This document shows positions 9,391 to 18,616 of a stretch of 39,733 nt of DNA, one piece after another; the stretch's first letter is position 1, and each line of letters begins with the position of its first letter. Source of the DNA: Chloroflexota bacterium. Its GTDB lineage: Bacteria; Chloroflexota; Anaerolineae; B4-G1; SLSP01. The notes below the pieces were generated by a model that worked only from the letters and a program-made list of their open reading frames with translations, did no database searches and was not told where the DNA came from. The stretch spans positions 1 through 39,733 of the forward strand of contig JAKJAC010000012.1 of the NCBI GenBank assembly GCA_022707705.1, given 5' to 3'. A program made the translations under genes and the position numbers.

Positions 9391-10491
9391 CTATGCCATC
9401 CCACGCTGTTGTCGCATCCAGTCCTCTAAATCTAGATAAGCCTCTTCCAATGCCGGAAGCTCCTGCACCCGCGATAGTTTGATACCCAGTTGCCCCATCG
9501 GCATCGCCAGTAAACTGTATAACCGCTCAGAAGCTATCTGCATGCTTTCGGGGCGTCTCCCCAGTCGTTCAAAGGCAGAAAGCAACGCTGGCAATACCTG
9601 TGTCCACAAGTCTGCCAGAGATGGCTGCGGCATCAGCAAACTCACGTCCAGTACAGCCCCCTCCTGTGCATCCACCACCAACAGGGTATAGGGGAAGTAT
9701 GGCGGCGGGCTTCCCTCTTCGATTGGTACTGGCATCATCGCCAGATGCACTTGCACTTCAACATTCTTCAAGGGTAGCTTGTGCCGTAGGGCAGCAAGAT
9801 CCTGATCCGATATCTGACTCTCGCTGGCAACGACGGGGTACTGAGGAACGAAGACCTGTTGCTTGAAAACCCACTCTCCATCTTCGATAACACGTGACAA
9901 CAATGGTAGGGTAGTGGGAAGCGTATCCGCCTCCAACAACGGCGGAATTGAGATTTCGCCTTGCTGCTGAGCTTGAGTCACTATCAGAGCCTGTTCCAGC
10001 AACAGTGTTAGGAAACGCGCCTGTGGTCCATTGATGTACCAGGGAAGCCGTGCGGGCGTAAAGTTGCGGAAAAAGGGCCACAGTTTGCGTTCACGGATCC
10101 TCACTTTGGCTTCCTGCACAATCTGCCAATCTAGTGCAGTGAGCGTTTGGCGTGATTCAAAAGATGCTTGCAACTGCGGCGTTTCAAGTAACATCATGCC
10201 ATGCTCACGTTCCCCAAGAAAAGCGCTAGCATATTTCATCCCCCGCAGAGCTGTGAGGTAACATCCCAGGCCCACCTCACCGAGGTAGGTGATCAAAGCA
10301 TGATGTTCACGTATTTCACCGGTGATGGAGCAAAACCCCATCTCACCGGTCTCAGGATTCTGCACGGCGAACAGCAGTTCTTCGAACATCCAATTCCAGG
10401 GCATGGCTGCTTTGAAAGCCTCAGCCGCGCGGAACAGGCGTCGCCACTCCTCTGGGGTGATATGGGGTTCGGGTAAGTCAAATGTGGGCAT
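9391..10491 (-). CDS. Conserved-looking hypothetical protein (366 aa), function unknown
   Basis: Long ORF whose ATG has AAGGAG 7 nt upstream. It is packed tightly between neighbouring genes. I recognise no catalytic or binding motif. Confidence 0.6.
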   Translation of the reverse strand: MPTFDLPEPHITPEEWRRLFRAAEAFKAAMPWNWMFEELLFAVQNPETGEMGFCSITGEIREHHALITYLGEVGLGCYLTALRGMKYASAFLGEREHGMMLLETPQLQASFESRQTLTALDWQIVQEAKVRIRERKLWPFFRNFTPARLPWYINGPQARFLTLLLEQALIVTQAQQQGEISIPPLLEADTLPTTLPLLSRVIEDGEWVFKQQVFVPQYPVVASESQISDQDLAALRHKLPLKNVEVQVHLAMMPVPIEEGSPPPYFPYTLLVVDAQEGAVLDVSLLMPQPSLADLWTQVLPALLSAFERLGRRPESMQIASERLYSLLAMPMGQLGIKLSRVQELPALEEAYLDLEDWMRQQRGMA

Positions 10492-10559
10492 GCCAAATCT
10501 CCTTTCAATCAGGCTTCATAATAACGCAATCTGCTCGTCTATACGACATTGCGCCGCAC

Positions 10560-11516
10560 CTAAAGGATCTCCTCGGGTGCCTTGCAAAACAAATCGCCAG
10601 GAGCTTGCGGAGGCGTCAGGAAACGGAGTGCACCTGCTTCCAATCCAATGATCGCAGGAGTTTCGCCAAAGGGGTCGCCATCCAAATGTACCGCCACACG
10701 CGGGATGGTCTCTAGCTGTATCTGACGCGTGAGAACTTGAATCACAGCCGGATCATGGAGATGTCGTTGGCCAATCAGCATGTGCAGAAAATGACGCAAC
10801 ACATAACCGAGTCCAAGACCCTTGAAGATAAAGATGTCCAGCAAGCCATCATCCATGTAAGCGTGACGGGCGATGGTGAAAAAAGCCGCGTAGAGCTGAA
10901 TATTGCTGGCTACGACGAGCAAAGCTCGGGTATTGAAAGCGCGTCCTTCGACGGCAACCCGGGTGCGGAAGCCTTTGAACCAGGATGCCACCGAAAAAGC
11001 GGCAATGATGTAGGGCAGAGTGCGCAGTCGCTTGGCATATCGGGTCCGCGGTTCCAATTGCGCGGCAATCTCGGCATCTAGACCCGCACCAGCCCAGCAG
11101 ATAAAATAACGCCCGTTAATGACACCCGCATCCACTCGCTGCACACGGCTTTTCAGCAGACTCTCAGCGACCTCGCTGACCTGGTAGGGTGGAACCGGTG
11201 AGAGAATCGGCATGTGCATTTGATGCGCCAAAATATTCCCGGTGCCAACCGGCACAATGCCCAAAATGGTATTCGATCCGACCAGCCCATTGGTAGCCTC
11301 ATTGATCGTACCATCGCCGCCGGCAACCAGTACCAGATCTAGCCCATCATGCGTAGCCTGGCGCGAGAGCCACATAGCATCCCCAGATTTGTGTGTCTCG
11401 ACCAGTTCGACCTGCCAACCGTGGGCGCCCAGATCTTCCGCCAGGCGTTTAAGGATACGGGTCATATCCCAGGGACCCGCGGTGGGGTTATAAATTAATA
11501 GTGTTCGGAAAGCCAT
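10560..11516 (-). CDS. Diacylglycerol-kinase-family lipid kinase (YegS/BmrU-like)
   Basis: LIYNPTAGP near the N-terminus, VAGGDGTINE and PVGTGN motifs. Start taken as ATG 11516 (MAFRTLLIYNP). The listed start at 11570 is a TTG with no SD. Confidence 0.8.
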   Translation of the reverse strand: MAFRTLLIYNPTAGPWDMTRILKRLAEDLGAHGWQVELVETHKSGDAMWLSRQATHDGLDLVLVAGGDGTINEATNGLVGSNTILGIVPVGTGNILAHQMHMPILSPVPPYQVSEVAESLLKSRVQRVDAGVINGRYFICWAGAGLDAEIAAQLEPRTRYAKRLRTLPYIIAAFSVASWFKGFRTRVAVEGRAFNTRALLVVASNIQLYAAFFTIARHAYMDDGLLDIFIFKGLGLGYVLRHFLHMLIGQRHLHDPAVIQVLTRQIQLETIPRVAVHLDGDPFGETPAIIGLEAGALRFLTPPQAPGDLFCKAPEEIL

Positions 11517-11625
11517 AGGCAACGAAACTCGCTCTAGTCTTCCTGATTCGCTTAGGGACTTTGTATGCAATAGAATCTAGTGGGAGTATAACACAAGACA
11601 TGAGAGCAACAACTTGTGCCACAAA

Positions 11626-11648
11626 GGTAACTGTTCAGACTTCCACCA
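11626..11648 (+). repeat. Copy of GGTAACTGTTCAGAYTTCCA motif (see 32490-32510)
   Basis: ggtaactgttcagacttccacca matches 32490-32510 (ggtaactgttcagatttccag) at 19 of 21 positions. Weaker similarity extends about 15 nt upstream and into a downstream hairpin plus TCCGCTRGA. Confidence 0.8.
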
Positions 11649-11769
11649 CATGGCGAAAATCTCGGACTAAAGTCCGCTAGAGCGAGGGTCTCACGCTGAA
11701 GTAGGGTTTCAGCTGCTAACTTTCATGTCGGGGCAAAATGCCGAACGGGACCTTCAGGAGTGGTCGACT

Positions 11770-12549
11770 CTATAATGCAGGAAAGACCAGACTTGCTCCC
11801 CAGCCCGCGGCAAAGACCAGGGTGCTCAATGCCAACACCCACCAATCCAGATGCCGAAAGCGCAGTTCACGCCAGCTGGTGCGCTTTTGAGTGTAACCAA
11901 GCCCGCGCGCCGCCAGAGCCAGGGTGAGCTGATCGCTCAATTGCAGCGCGCCGATGATGATGGCAATCAGCACAGGTTGGTACTCCCGCGCCCGGCGGAG
12001 CAAGTTCCCCTCGGCAACCCATCCCCGCGAGGCTTGTGCTTCACGCACAGTAGTTGCCAGATTGCCGATTGCAGGCAGGAAACGGAGCGTGAGACTCAGA
12101 GTGAGACCCCAGGTGTAAGGTAATCCCAAACGCACGAAAGCCCGCACCAAGGCGCGCTGGTCTGTGGTGAAAAGCAATCCGCCGGTGAGAAAAGCCATCG
12201 CCAGCACACGCAGCGCCAGCAACATTGCACTGGATATCCCGCCCAAACTTAGGGTCAGTGGTCCCACTTGCGCCAGGATTCTTCCGGATGGTGAGAAAAG
12301 AGGCTGCAACAGCAGCATTAACACCACCAATAAACGCATTTGCTGCCACAGCCAACCTAGAGTGCGCCAACTGACCCCCGCTAAACGCAGTGTCAGCAAC
12401 AAGCTAGCCACAAAAATGGCTTGCGTAAGTGGGTGTGTCCAGCGAAAAGCCAGAACTAAGCCCAGTAACATCATCCAGAGTTTGACTCTTGGATCGCAGC
12501 GATGTAACCAGGAACGTCCCGGCACATAGAGATCGAGGGAAAAACTCAC
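11770..12549 (-). CDS. ecfT: ECF transporter transmembrane (T) component
   Basis: Polytopic protein with the N-terminal YVPGRSWLHRCDPRVKL motif typical of EcfT/CbiQ. GTG 12549 has GGGAGG 7 nt upstream and overlaps the ATPase stop (GTGA). Confidence 0.8.
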   Translation of the reverse strand: MSFSLDLYVPGRSWLHRCDPRVKLWMMLLGLVLAFRWTHPLTQAIFVASLLLTLRLAGVSWRTLGWLWQQMRLLVVLMLLLQPLFSPSGRILAQVGPLTLSLGGISSAMLLALRVLAMAFLTGGLLFTTDQRALVRAFVRLGLPYTWGLTLSLTLRFLPAIGNLATTVREAQASRGWVAEGNLLRRAREYQPVLIAIIIGALQLSDQLTLALAARGLGYTQKRTSWRELRFRHLDWWVLALSTLVFAAGWGASLVFPAL

Positions 12550-14042
12550 GCTGCAGCCTCCCACGCCAGGTGCGGCAGTATCTCGGCGGGCACACCGTCC
12601 GCAGTGACCCGTCCCTCGTGCAACACGATGACCCGGTCTGCTGACCGGGCTAACGCCATCTCATGCGTGACCAGAATCAACGTCGTGCCGGCTGCACGAC
12701 GCTCAGCCAACCAGGCGAGGAGCTGCTGCCGCCCACGTCCGTCGAGACCTGCGGTAGGTTCATCGAGAATGAGGATTGGGGGATCGAGTGCAGCCAACGT
12801 TGCCAGGGTCACGGCACGTTGCCGTCCATAACCGAGAATGGCTGGAGGTGATGTGGCTACATCTTGCAGACCAAAGTGTGTCAGCGCTCGTTCGACACGG
12901 GCATCAACATCGGTAAACCGCAGCCGGCGCGGTCCGTAGGTCAGTTCTTCACGAACAGTTGCGGCAAAGAGCTGTTGTTCTGGCCGCTGAAACAGAAAGC
13001 CCACCTCACGCGCCAGTTGCCCGGTTGAGCGCGATGCGTTATCCTGTTCCATGACTCGAACCGACCCCATGGTGGGACGCAACAGACCATTGAAATGTCG
13101 TACCAGCGTCGTTTTCCCAGCGCCATTTGTTCCTACCAGAGCAACGCATTCCCCACGCGGGATAGTCAGATTGATGCCGTGAAGCACCGCCGGACCATTA
13201 GGGTAACGAAAACGAAGGTTCCGAGTTTCCAATGCGGGGACCGAAGTAATCACACTACGGGTATCACGCAGCTGATTCCAGGCTTCTGCCGGGCAAATAA
13301 GCCCCGCAGCTTCCAAACGTTTGCCATGGGCGGCAAGATCGACGACAGGGCAGGGGCTGGCAAGAATGCCACTTTCCAGCAAAGCCACAGCCTGTGAGTG
13401 TGTCACTTCGCCGAAATCCGGCGTGGTGAACAGCAACGTAGCGCCTTCCTGACGCAACAATTCAAGAGCGATTGACACTTCAGATTGCCCCGCCGGGTCC
13501 AAACCCTGGAAGGGCTCATCGAGCAACAACACCTGGGGGCGCATTGCCCATAAAGCCGCCAATGCCAGGCGCTTCTGTTGCCCACCGGAGAGTTGCCAGG
13601 GGGCGCGATGGCGTTGGTCTAGCAAGCCAAAGCGGCGCAATGCCAGCATTACCTGGGCGCCAATCGTTTCTGGAGCTACTTCAAGCGCTTCCAGACCCCA
13701 AGCGACTTCATCTTCTGCAGTGGTGTTGAAGAGTTGTACCGCAGCATCCTGGAAGAGTAGCCCTACCAGTCGTGGCGAAGGCGCCGCGGCAAGGAGGTCG
13801 TGACCGGCGATGTGCAGTGTGCCATGTATCTCCCCATCAGTATGGCGGGGCGCCAATCCTGCAAGCACGTGGCAGAGAGTGCTTTTGCCGCTGCCACTAC
13901 TGCCCGCGATTGTTAATGCCGTCCCAGTTTCTACCTGCAGGTTGAGGTGCTGCAGCACTGGCTGAGAAGTGGCCGTGCTGTCATAAGATGGATAACGGAA
14001 ACTCAGGTCCTGAGCTAAGATTGCAGGCGCAGCCGCATTCAT
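12546..14042 (-). CDS. ecfA: Fused double-NBD ECF transporter ATPase (EcfA-EcfA')
   Basis: Two complete ABC cassettes. They carry GSSGSGKST / LSGGQQKR / LLLDEP and GTNGAGKTT / (signature) / LILDEPTAGLD. The start overlaps the S-component stop (TAATG). Confidence 0.85.
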   Translation of the reverse strand: MNAAAPAILAQDLSFRYPSYDSTATSQPVLQHLNLQVETGTALTIAGSSGSGKSTLCHVLAGLAPRHTDGEIHGTLHIAGHDLLAAAPSPRLVGLLFQDAAVQLFNTTAEDEVAWGLEALEVAPETIGAQVMLALRRFGLLDQRHRAPWQLSGGQQKRLALAALWAMRPQVLLLDEPFQGLDPAGQSEVSIALELLRQEGATLLFTTPDFGEVTHSQAVALLESGILASPCPVVDLAAHGKRLEAAGLICPAEAWNQLRDTRSVITSVPALETRNLRFRYPNGPAVLHGINLTIPRGECVALVGTNGAGKTTLVRHFNGLLRPTMGSVRVMEQDNASRSTGQLAREVGFLFQRPEQQLFAATVREELTYGPRRLRFTDVDARVERALTHFGLQDVATSPPAILGYGRQRAVTLATLAALDPPILILDEPTAGLDGRGRQQLLAWLAERRAAGTTLILVTHEMALARSADRVIVLHEGRVTADGVPAEILPHLAWEAAA

Positions 14043-14551
14043 TAACGCCTTTCCCGCTCGTGATATCGCGTAATGGGGGGATAAGCCCGCTTCATCGCCA
14101 AATAGAGGGAAACGCCAAGAACAGCGCCAACCACACTCTGCAAAGTATTCGGCAACACTTCAGTTAGCGCCGCAGCAATACCAAAAAGGAAAATCTCAGC
14201 TACAAAGTATCCGGCAACCACAATAGCACTGCCGCAAACAACCGCCAACACCACTATGCCCGTAGTCATTCGGCGCTGAACGAGCCATCCCATTAACCAG
14301 CCTTGCAGCCCATGAACGAGAAATGAGATGAGTGCAAACTGCGGGTAACCTCCATAGAGGTCTGCGAGGCCTGTCCCCAATGCGCCGGCAACTCCACCCA
14401 CCCAGGGGCCGAATGCAAACGCACTGAAGGCAATCGCTGCATCACCCAAATGCAGGTATCCGCCCGCCGCGGTAGGCAAACGCACCGCTACAGTCAACAC
14501 AAAGACTAATGCAGCCATCAGAGCCGTCAATGTCAGACGTCGAATTGTCAT
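14042..14551 (-). CDS. ECF transporter substrate-specific (S) component, substrate unknown
   Basis: 169-aa, very hydrophobic, multi-TM protein that is first in the ECF operon. AAAGGA SD 7 nt upstream. Its position and size fit an S component. I cannot assign the substrate. Confidence 0.65.
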   Translation of the reverse strand: MTIRRLTLTALMAALVFVLTVAVRLPTAAGGYLHLGDAAIAFSAFAFGPWVGGVAGALGTGLADLYGGYPQFALISFLVHGLQGWLMGWLVQRRMTTGIVVLAVVCGSAIVVAGYFVAEIFLFGIAAALTEVLPNTLQSVVGAVLGVSLYLAMKRAYPPITRYHERERR

Positions 14552-14592
14552 CGTCTATCCTTTCATTCCCATGGCACAGCCCATTGCCGAGC

Positions 14593-14620
14593 ATCATAGC
14601 ATAGCTAAGGTTTCTGGCAA
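14593..14620 (-). promoter_or_regulatory. Sigma70-like promoter of the ECF operon (TTGCCA-N16-TATGAT)
   Basis: On the minus strand TTGCCA (RC of 14615-14620), a 16-nt spacer and TATGAT (RC of 14593-14598). It lies about 40 nt upstream of the S-component ATG. Confidence 0.45.
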
Positions 14621-14751
14621 GAAGAAGGTTCAGATCAAAGTGACAAGCTCGAGGAGCCCGAGCCATTGCAACTACGGGTTGTGGAGAATCGTGTGAGTTG
14701 CGCCTGAAAATGGCGTTTTTTGAGGGGAGAACCGCCGGTTGATACAAATGC

Positions 14752-14782
14752 GAACCGGGGGCTGTCCCATAGCCCCCGGTTC
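14752..14782 (-). terminator. Strong hairpin downstream of rlmN (probable terminator)
   Basis: GAACCGGGGGCT-7 nt loop-AGCCCCCGGTTC, a perfect 12-bp stem. The downstream U-tract on the minus strand is weak (GCAUUUGUAUC). Confidence 0.5.
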
Positions 14783-14973
14783 TACAGAAGGAGGAGAATC
14801 TGACTTAACGCTGGTTTGTGTCTAAGCCCCTGTTGTATCTATACTATACCGCACATGAGAAAACACTGCTTGACGCAACTCTTACGCTTTTCTTACGACT
14901 TGGCTCACGCAACAGGTTTTATTGATCAAACGATTCCCAACCCGGCGTTGCCGAGAAATCCTGTCACCAGCGT

Positions 14974-16020
14974 TCACGCTTGTTGCACACGTCGCCGCAA
15001 CTGTCCACAACCGGCGCTGATATCACCCCCACGACGCAGTCGCACGGTATGCGCGATATGCCGGCGCTCCAATATCTCCGTAAAAGCCGCGATGCGTTCC
15101 TGAGAGGAAGGGCGCCCGGCAAAACCCGCGGTCGGGTTAAGGGGAATGAGATTGACATGCGCCAGCAAACCACTCAGCCGAGCTGCGAGGGCTTCCGCCT
15201 GTTCCACGGTGTCATTGAGTTCGTGAATCAGCACCCACTCAAAGGTCACACGACGATTGGTTGCCTGCAGGTAGGCATGTACAGCGCTAAAGAGCGCGTC
15301 CAGCGGGTACTTGCGGTTCACTGGCATGAGCTGTTGTCGCAGCGCATCAGTGGCAGCATGGAGGGAGATTGCCAGGTTGATCTGCAGAGATTCTTCCGCA
15401 AGACGGCGAATCCCTGGCGCGATTCCTACTGTGCTCAGCGTGATGCGGCGTTGCCCCATGCCAAAACCCCGAGGATGCACCAATTTACGGATGGCGGTCA
15501 AAGTGGCATCGTAATTCAACAGCGGTTCACCCATCCCCATCAGCACGATATTAGAAAGGCTCTCCGCGCGGGTCAGCAGTTCCCGTTGTAGATGCAACGC
15601 CTGTGCGACAATCTCGCCGCTGCTAAGCTGCCGGACAAAACCCATCTGCCCGGTGGCGCAGAAAGCGCAGCTCATGGCGCAGCCCACCTGTGTGGAAAGG
15701 CACGCGCTGTGGCGCTCAATGTAGTGCATCAATACCACCTCGACCTGTTCGCCATCAGCCAGCGCCAGCAGGTCTTTGCGGGTTTCGCCATCCAGAGATT
15801 CTTGCCGCGAGAGAACGGTAGGCATTGCCAGAGTGGTATGCGCAGCCAGTTGCTCGCGCAAGGATTTGGGGAGGGAGCTCATCGCATCGAAATCGGTGAC
15901 GAGGCGCTGGTAGAGCCACTCCCAGATTTGCCGGGCACGGTAAGATGGTTGCCCCCAGGCAGCCAATTGTGTCTCAAGTTCCGGGAGGTCCCAGTCATAA
16001 AGATTAGGTTTTTCCGTCAC
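14974..16020 (-). CDS. rlmN: 23S rRNA/tRNA (adenine-C2)-methyltransferase, radical SAM
   Basis: RARQIWEWLY N-terminal motif, radical-SAM CAMSCAFCATG, and a C-terminal GGDISAGCGQL with the catalytic Cys. GTG 16020 has AGGAGGGG upstream. ATG 16047 is an alternative start. Confidence 0.85.
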   Translation of the reverse strand: MTEKPNLYDWDLPELETQLAAWGQPSYRARQIWEWLYQRLVTDFDAMSSLPKSLREQLAAHTTLAMPTVLSRQESLDGETRKDLLALADGEQVEVVLMHYIERHSACLSTQVGCAMSCAFCATGQMGFVRQLSSGEIVAQALHLQRELLTRAESLSNIVLMGMGEPLLNYDATLTAIRKLVHPRGFGMGQRRITLSTVGIAPGIRRLAEESLQINLAISLHAATDALRQQLMPVNRKYPLDALFSAVHAYLQATNRRVTFEWVLIHELNDTVEQAEALAARLSGLLAHVNLIPLNPTAGFAGRPSSQERIAAFTEILERRHIAHTVRLRRGGDISAGCGQLRRRVQQA

Positions 16021-16099
16021 TGCCACCCCTCCTGAGCACTTTGCCATTGATCATTAACATCACCACGAGTCATCATACCGAAGAAATTGCCCCGGCGTG

Positions 16100-17515
16100 C
16101 TATCGGTTTTCCAGACGCGTGCGCCAGGCTGCCGTCAAAGATTCCAGGTCGTCAAAAATCAAATCGGGGTGAATGGGCGAACGGTGCACATCCTCAAGGC
16201 TGTTGATGCCCGAAAGCACCATTGCCGTGGGCATCCCAAGCCGCAACCCCCCTAGGATATCCGTATCCAACCGGTCGCCAATGACCAGGGTTGTTTCAGG
16301 GCTGGCGCGCATGCGGACTATTGCTTGCTCATAAAGCACCGGTTCGGGTTTGCCGATGACGAAGGGTGCCACATCCGTAGCCGCCTCAAGCAGCGCCAAC
16401 TGCGCGCCTGCTCCAGGGACGAGGCCCTTTTCCAAAGGAAAGGAGCGATCAGGATTGGTGCCAATGAAGCGCGCCCCCTGGCGAATCAGCAGGGTTGCTT
16501 TAGCCATGTCCTCCCAAGTGAAGGTGGGATTCCATCCGACAACTACATAATCCGCTGTATTCCCATCGGTGAGAACAAATCCACGGTGAGTCAAAACCTC
16601 GCGCAGTCCCGGTCCGCCTACCACATACACAGTCGCGTGCGGTGAGGCATGTTGTGCAAGATAATCGCCAGTGGCTTCAGCGGAATTCAAAACATGGTTA
16701 GGTGTGGTAGAGATGCCCAGGTGCTTTAGTTTTTCCACATAATGGGCCACAGACTGATTTGCATTGTTGGTCACCAGCATATAGTCCAATCCATGTTCTT
16801 CTAACAAAACGAAGAAATTCCGCAAACCCGGCAAAGGACTGGAACCACGCCAGAGAACACCATCCATATCGGAAATCACGGCACGGATAGAGGGCAGGAG
16901 TGCCGCCGGGTCCCGGCGCAGAGATTGGAGCTGCGCAAAAACGTCGGGGGTGTCGGCATCAGCCAGCAACAGAGGATCTGTTACAGGATAGGGTAAGATC
17001 TTTTCAGCATGCGCCTTGAAAAGCGCCCGCCCGCCTACATCTGCCGCCAATTGTGCCAGTTCCGGAAATAGCATCCGGTCGAAAAGCACCGGGCTACCCA
17101 AACGCTCCTCCCAGGTAGGAGCCACGATTCCAGGACGTGGGATGGTATTGCGCCACTGGCTTACTAAAGCCCGAAGTAGATGCGGTGTAACAAAAGGCTG
17201 ATCCACTTGTAGAAAGACGGCGGCGGGGCTATTCATCAGGACTGATACGCTCAGAGCTACACTTGAGCCAAGCCCCTCAGCCCAGCGATAGTTACGCAAG
17301 ACCCTCACGGATCTCTCTGCAAGCACTGGTGCGATGCGTTCCGCTTCCGCACCGAGAATGACGGTGATCGGGCTGAGTCCTGCCGCCCAAGCAACATCGG
17401 CGAGATGTGCAATCAAGGGGCGTCCTTCCCATTCCAGCAACTGCTTGGGTTGCCCAAAGCGAGAAGAGCCGCCAGCAGCAAGCAATACGGCAGCGACAGG
17501 GTTATCTGACGACAT
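16100..17515 (-). CDS. Fusion protein: MobA-like nucleotidyltransferase (N) + HAD-IIA NagD-like phosphatase (C)
   Basis: The N-terminus LLAAGGSSRFGQPKQLLEWEGRPLI is the NTP_transf_3/MobA-MocA signature. From about aa 210, ISDMDGVLWRG (HAD motif I DxDG) runs to a C-terminal VIGDRLDTDI (HAD motif IV). ATG has a GAGGAGGAG SD. Confidence 0.75.
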   Translation of the reverse strand: MSSDNPVAAVLLAAGGSSRFGQPKQLLEWEGRPLIAHLADVAWAAGLSPITVILGAEAERIAPVLAERSVRVLRNYRWAEGLGSSVALSVSVLMNSPAAVFLQVDQPFVTPHLLRALVSQWRNTIPRPGIVAPTWEERLGSPVLFDRMLFPELAQLAADVGGRALFKAHAEKILPYPVTDPLLLADADTPDVFAQLQSLRRDPAALLPSIRAVISDMDGVLWRGSSPLPGLRNFFVLLEEHGLDYMLVTNNANQSVAHYVEKLKHLGISTTPNHVLNSAEATGDYLAQHASPHATVYVVGGPGLREVLTHRGFVLTDGNTADYVVVGWNPTFTWEDMAKATLLIRQGARFIGTNPDRSFPLEKGLVPGAGAQLALLEAATDVAPFVIGKPEPVLYEQAIVRMRASPETTLVIGDRLDTDILGGLRLGMPTAMVLSGINSLEDVHRSPIHPDLIFDDLESLTAAWRTRLENR

Positions 17516-17528
17516 ACAGAGCTCCTCC

Positions 17529-18263
17529 TCAATTACGGCGCAGCGTCATGCGTAGCCGGTAATGTTCACCCTTGAAAACGCTAACGCTGTACAGGATCAC
17601 TTTCTGGTGCCAATCCAAAGTCCGGCGGCGAATGACCAACACCGCCAAAGGTGAAGATGCCTGCAATAACTCGCACTCCTCAGGTGTGGCTAGCAGCGCA
17701 TGCACCGTTTGTGTGCCTTGTGAAAGGCGCACTCCATAATGTTCCTCAAGCGCCTTGTGCACTGATTCTACCTCAAGGTCGAGGAAGTCAGGAAAAAGCG
17801 CCAAAGGCAAATAGTTTGTCTCGATACAGATAGGGGTGTCATAGACCAGGCGCAGATTTTGGATGAGGATAATTTGCTCACCCTGCGGAAGGTTGAGATT
17901 CTGCGATATCATGAAATCTGCACTGATAACGCGCTGCTCCAAGACACGTGTGACATACGATAGGTTATCAGCCTGCATCTGCTCCGGGAAATCAACCAGG
18001 TGCAACCGAGGGTCATTGGTAGGTAGCGCTACATAATAGCCGCTACCGGGGCGTGAATAGATCGAGCCCTCATCGCTAAGCCACCGGAGCGCCCGCTGCA
18101 CAGTGGTACGACTGACCCCGTACTCAGCCGCAAGGTGCCGTTCAGAAGGCAATCTCTGCCCTGGGACGAACACACCTGATTTGATACATTCACGCAATAT
18201 GAGGTATAACTGCTGGTGCAGTGCAGCCTCTTTAGCCGCGTCCAGACGCTTTGCCTTAGACAT
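17529..18263 (-). CDS. GntR-family transcriptional regulator, HutC subfamily (UTRA effector domain)
   Basis: LPSERHLAAEYGVSRTTVQRALRWL is a winged-HTH typical of GntR. The ~150-aa C-terminal domain is of HutC/UTRA length and style. Confidence 0.85.
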   Translation of the reverse strand: MSKAKRLDAAKEAALHQQLYLILRECIKSGVFVPGQRLPSERHLAAEYGVSRTTVQRALRWLSDEGSIYSRPGSGYYVALPTNDPRLHLVDFPEQMQADNLSYVTRVLEQRVISADFMISQNLNLPQGEQIILIQNLRLVYDTPICIETNYLPLALFPDFLDLEVESVHKALEEHYGVRLSQGTQTVHALLATPEECELLQASSPLAVLVIRRRTLDWHQKVILYSVSVFKGEHYRLRMTLRRN

Positions 18264-18589
18264 CTGTCCCCCCTCTACCCCTGGTCCTCACCGATAATGC
18301 GATCTGCCGCAAAAGCCACCAGCTGCAGGCACACCTTTCTCTTGCGCATCCGTGCAAGCGTGGTGGTCAAATTATACGCGATTGTGGAACGCCCGCCACC
18401 GAATGAAAGAGTGTGTTTCATCTTTTGGGAAAAGGTAAGCCGATTGTCAGCCAAAAGAGGCCTCTTTGATTGATTTTTTTTGCGACGGGTACAATCTCGC
18501 CGCAAAAAATCAAATCTCCACTGCGCCCCCGTAGGGGCGGTTGAGATTCTCATCCCCATCGTGAAATGCACCCAAATGAAAAAACGGTT

Positions 18590-18616
18590 TTGACTTTATT
18601 GTGGGCGTGCTATACT
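18590..18616 (+). promoter_or_regulatory. Candidate sigma70 promoter (TTGACT-N15-TATACT) for the DivIC-like/ABC operon
   Basis: TTGACT at 18590-18595 and TATACT at 18611-18616, about 65 nt upstream of ATG 18680. The spacer is short (15-16 nt), so this is tentative. Confidence 0.35.

Noticed and set aside
14552-14751. Riboswitch in the 200-bp region upstream of the ECF S-component gene, including a preQ1-like GGUUCUCCCCUCAAAAAAC
   Set aside because: A good sigma70-like promoter sits only about 40 nt from the ATG, leaving no room for an aptamer in the leader. I could not match conserved cores of TPP, FMN, cobalamin, THF or preQ1 aptamers. The A-rich segment lies upstream of the promoter, next to the rlmN terminator hairpin.
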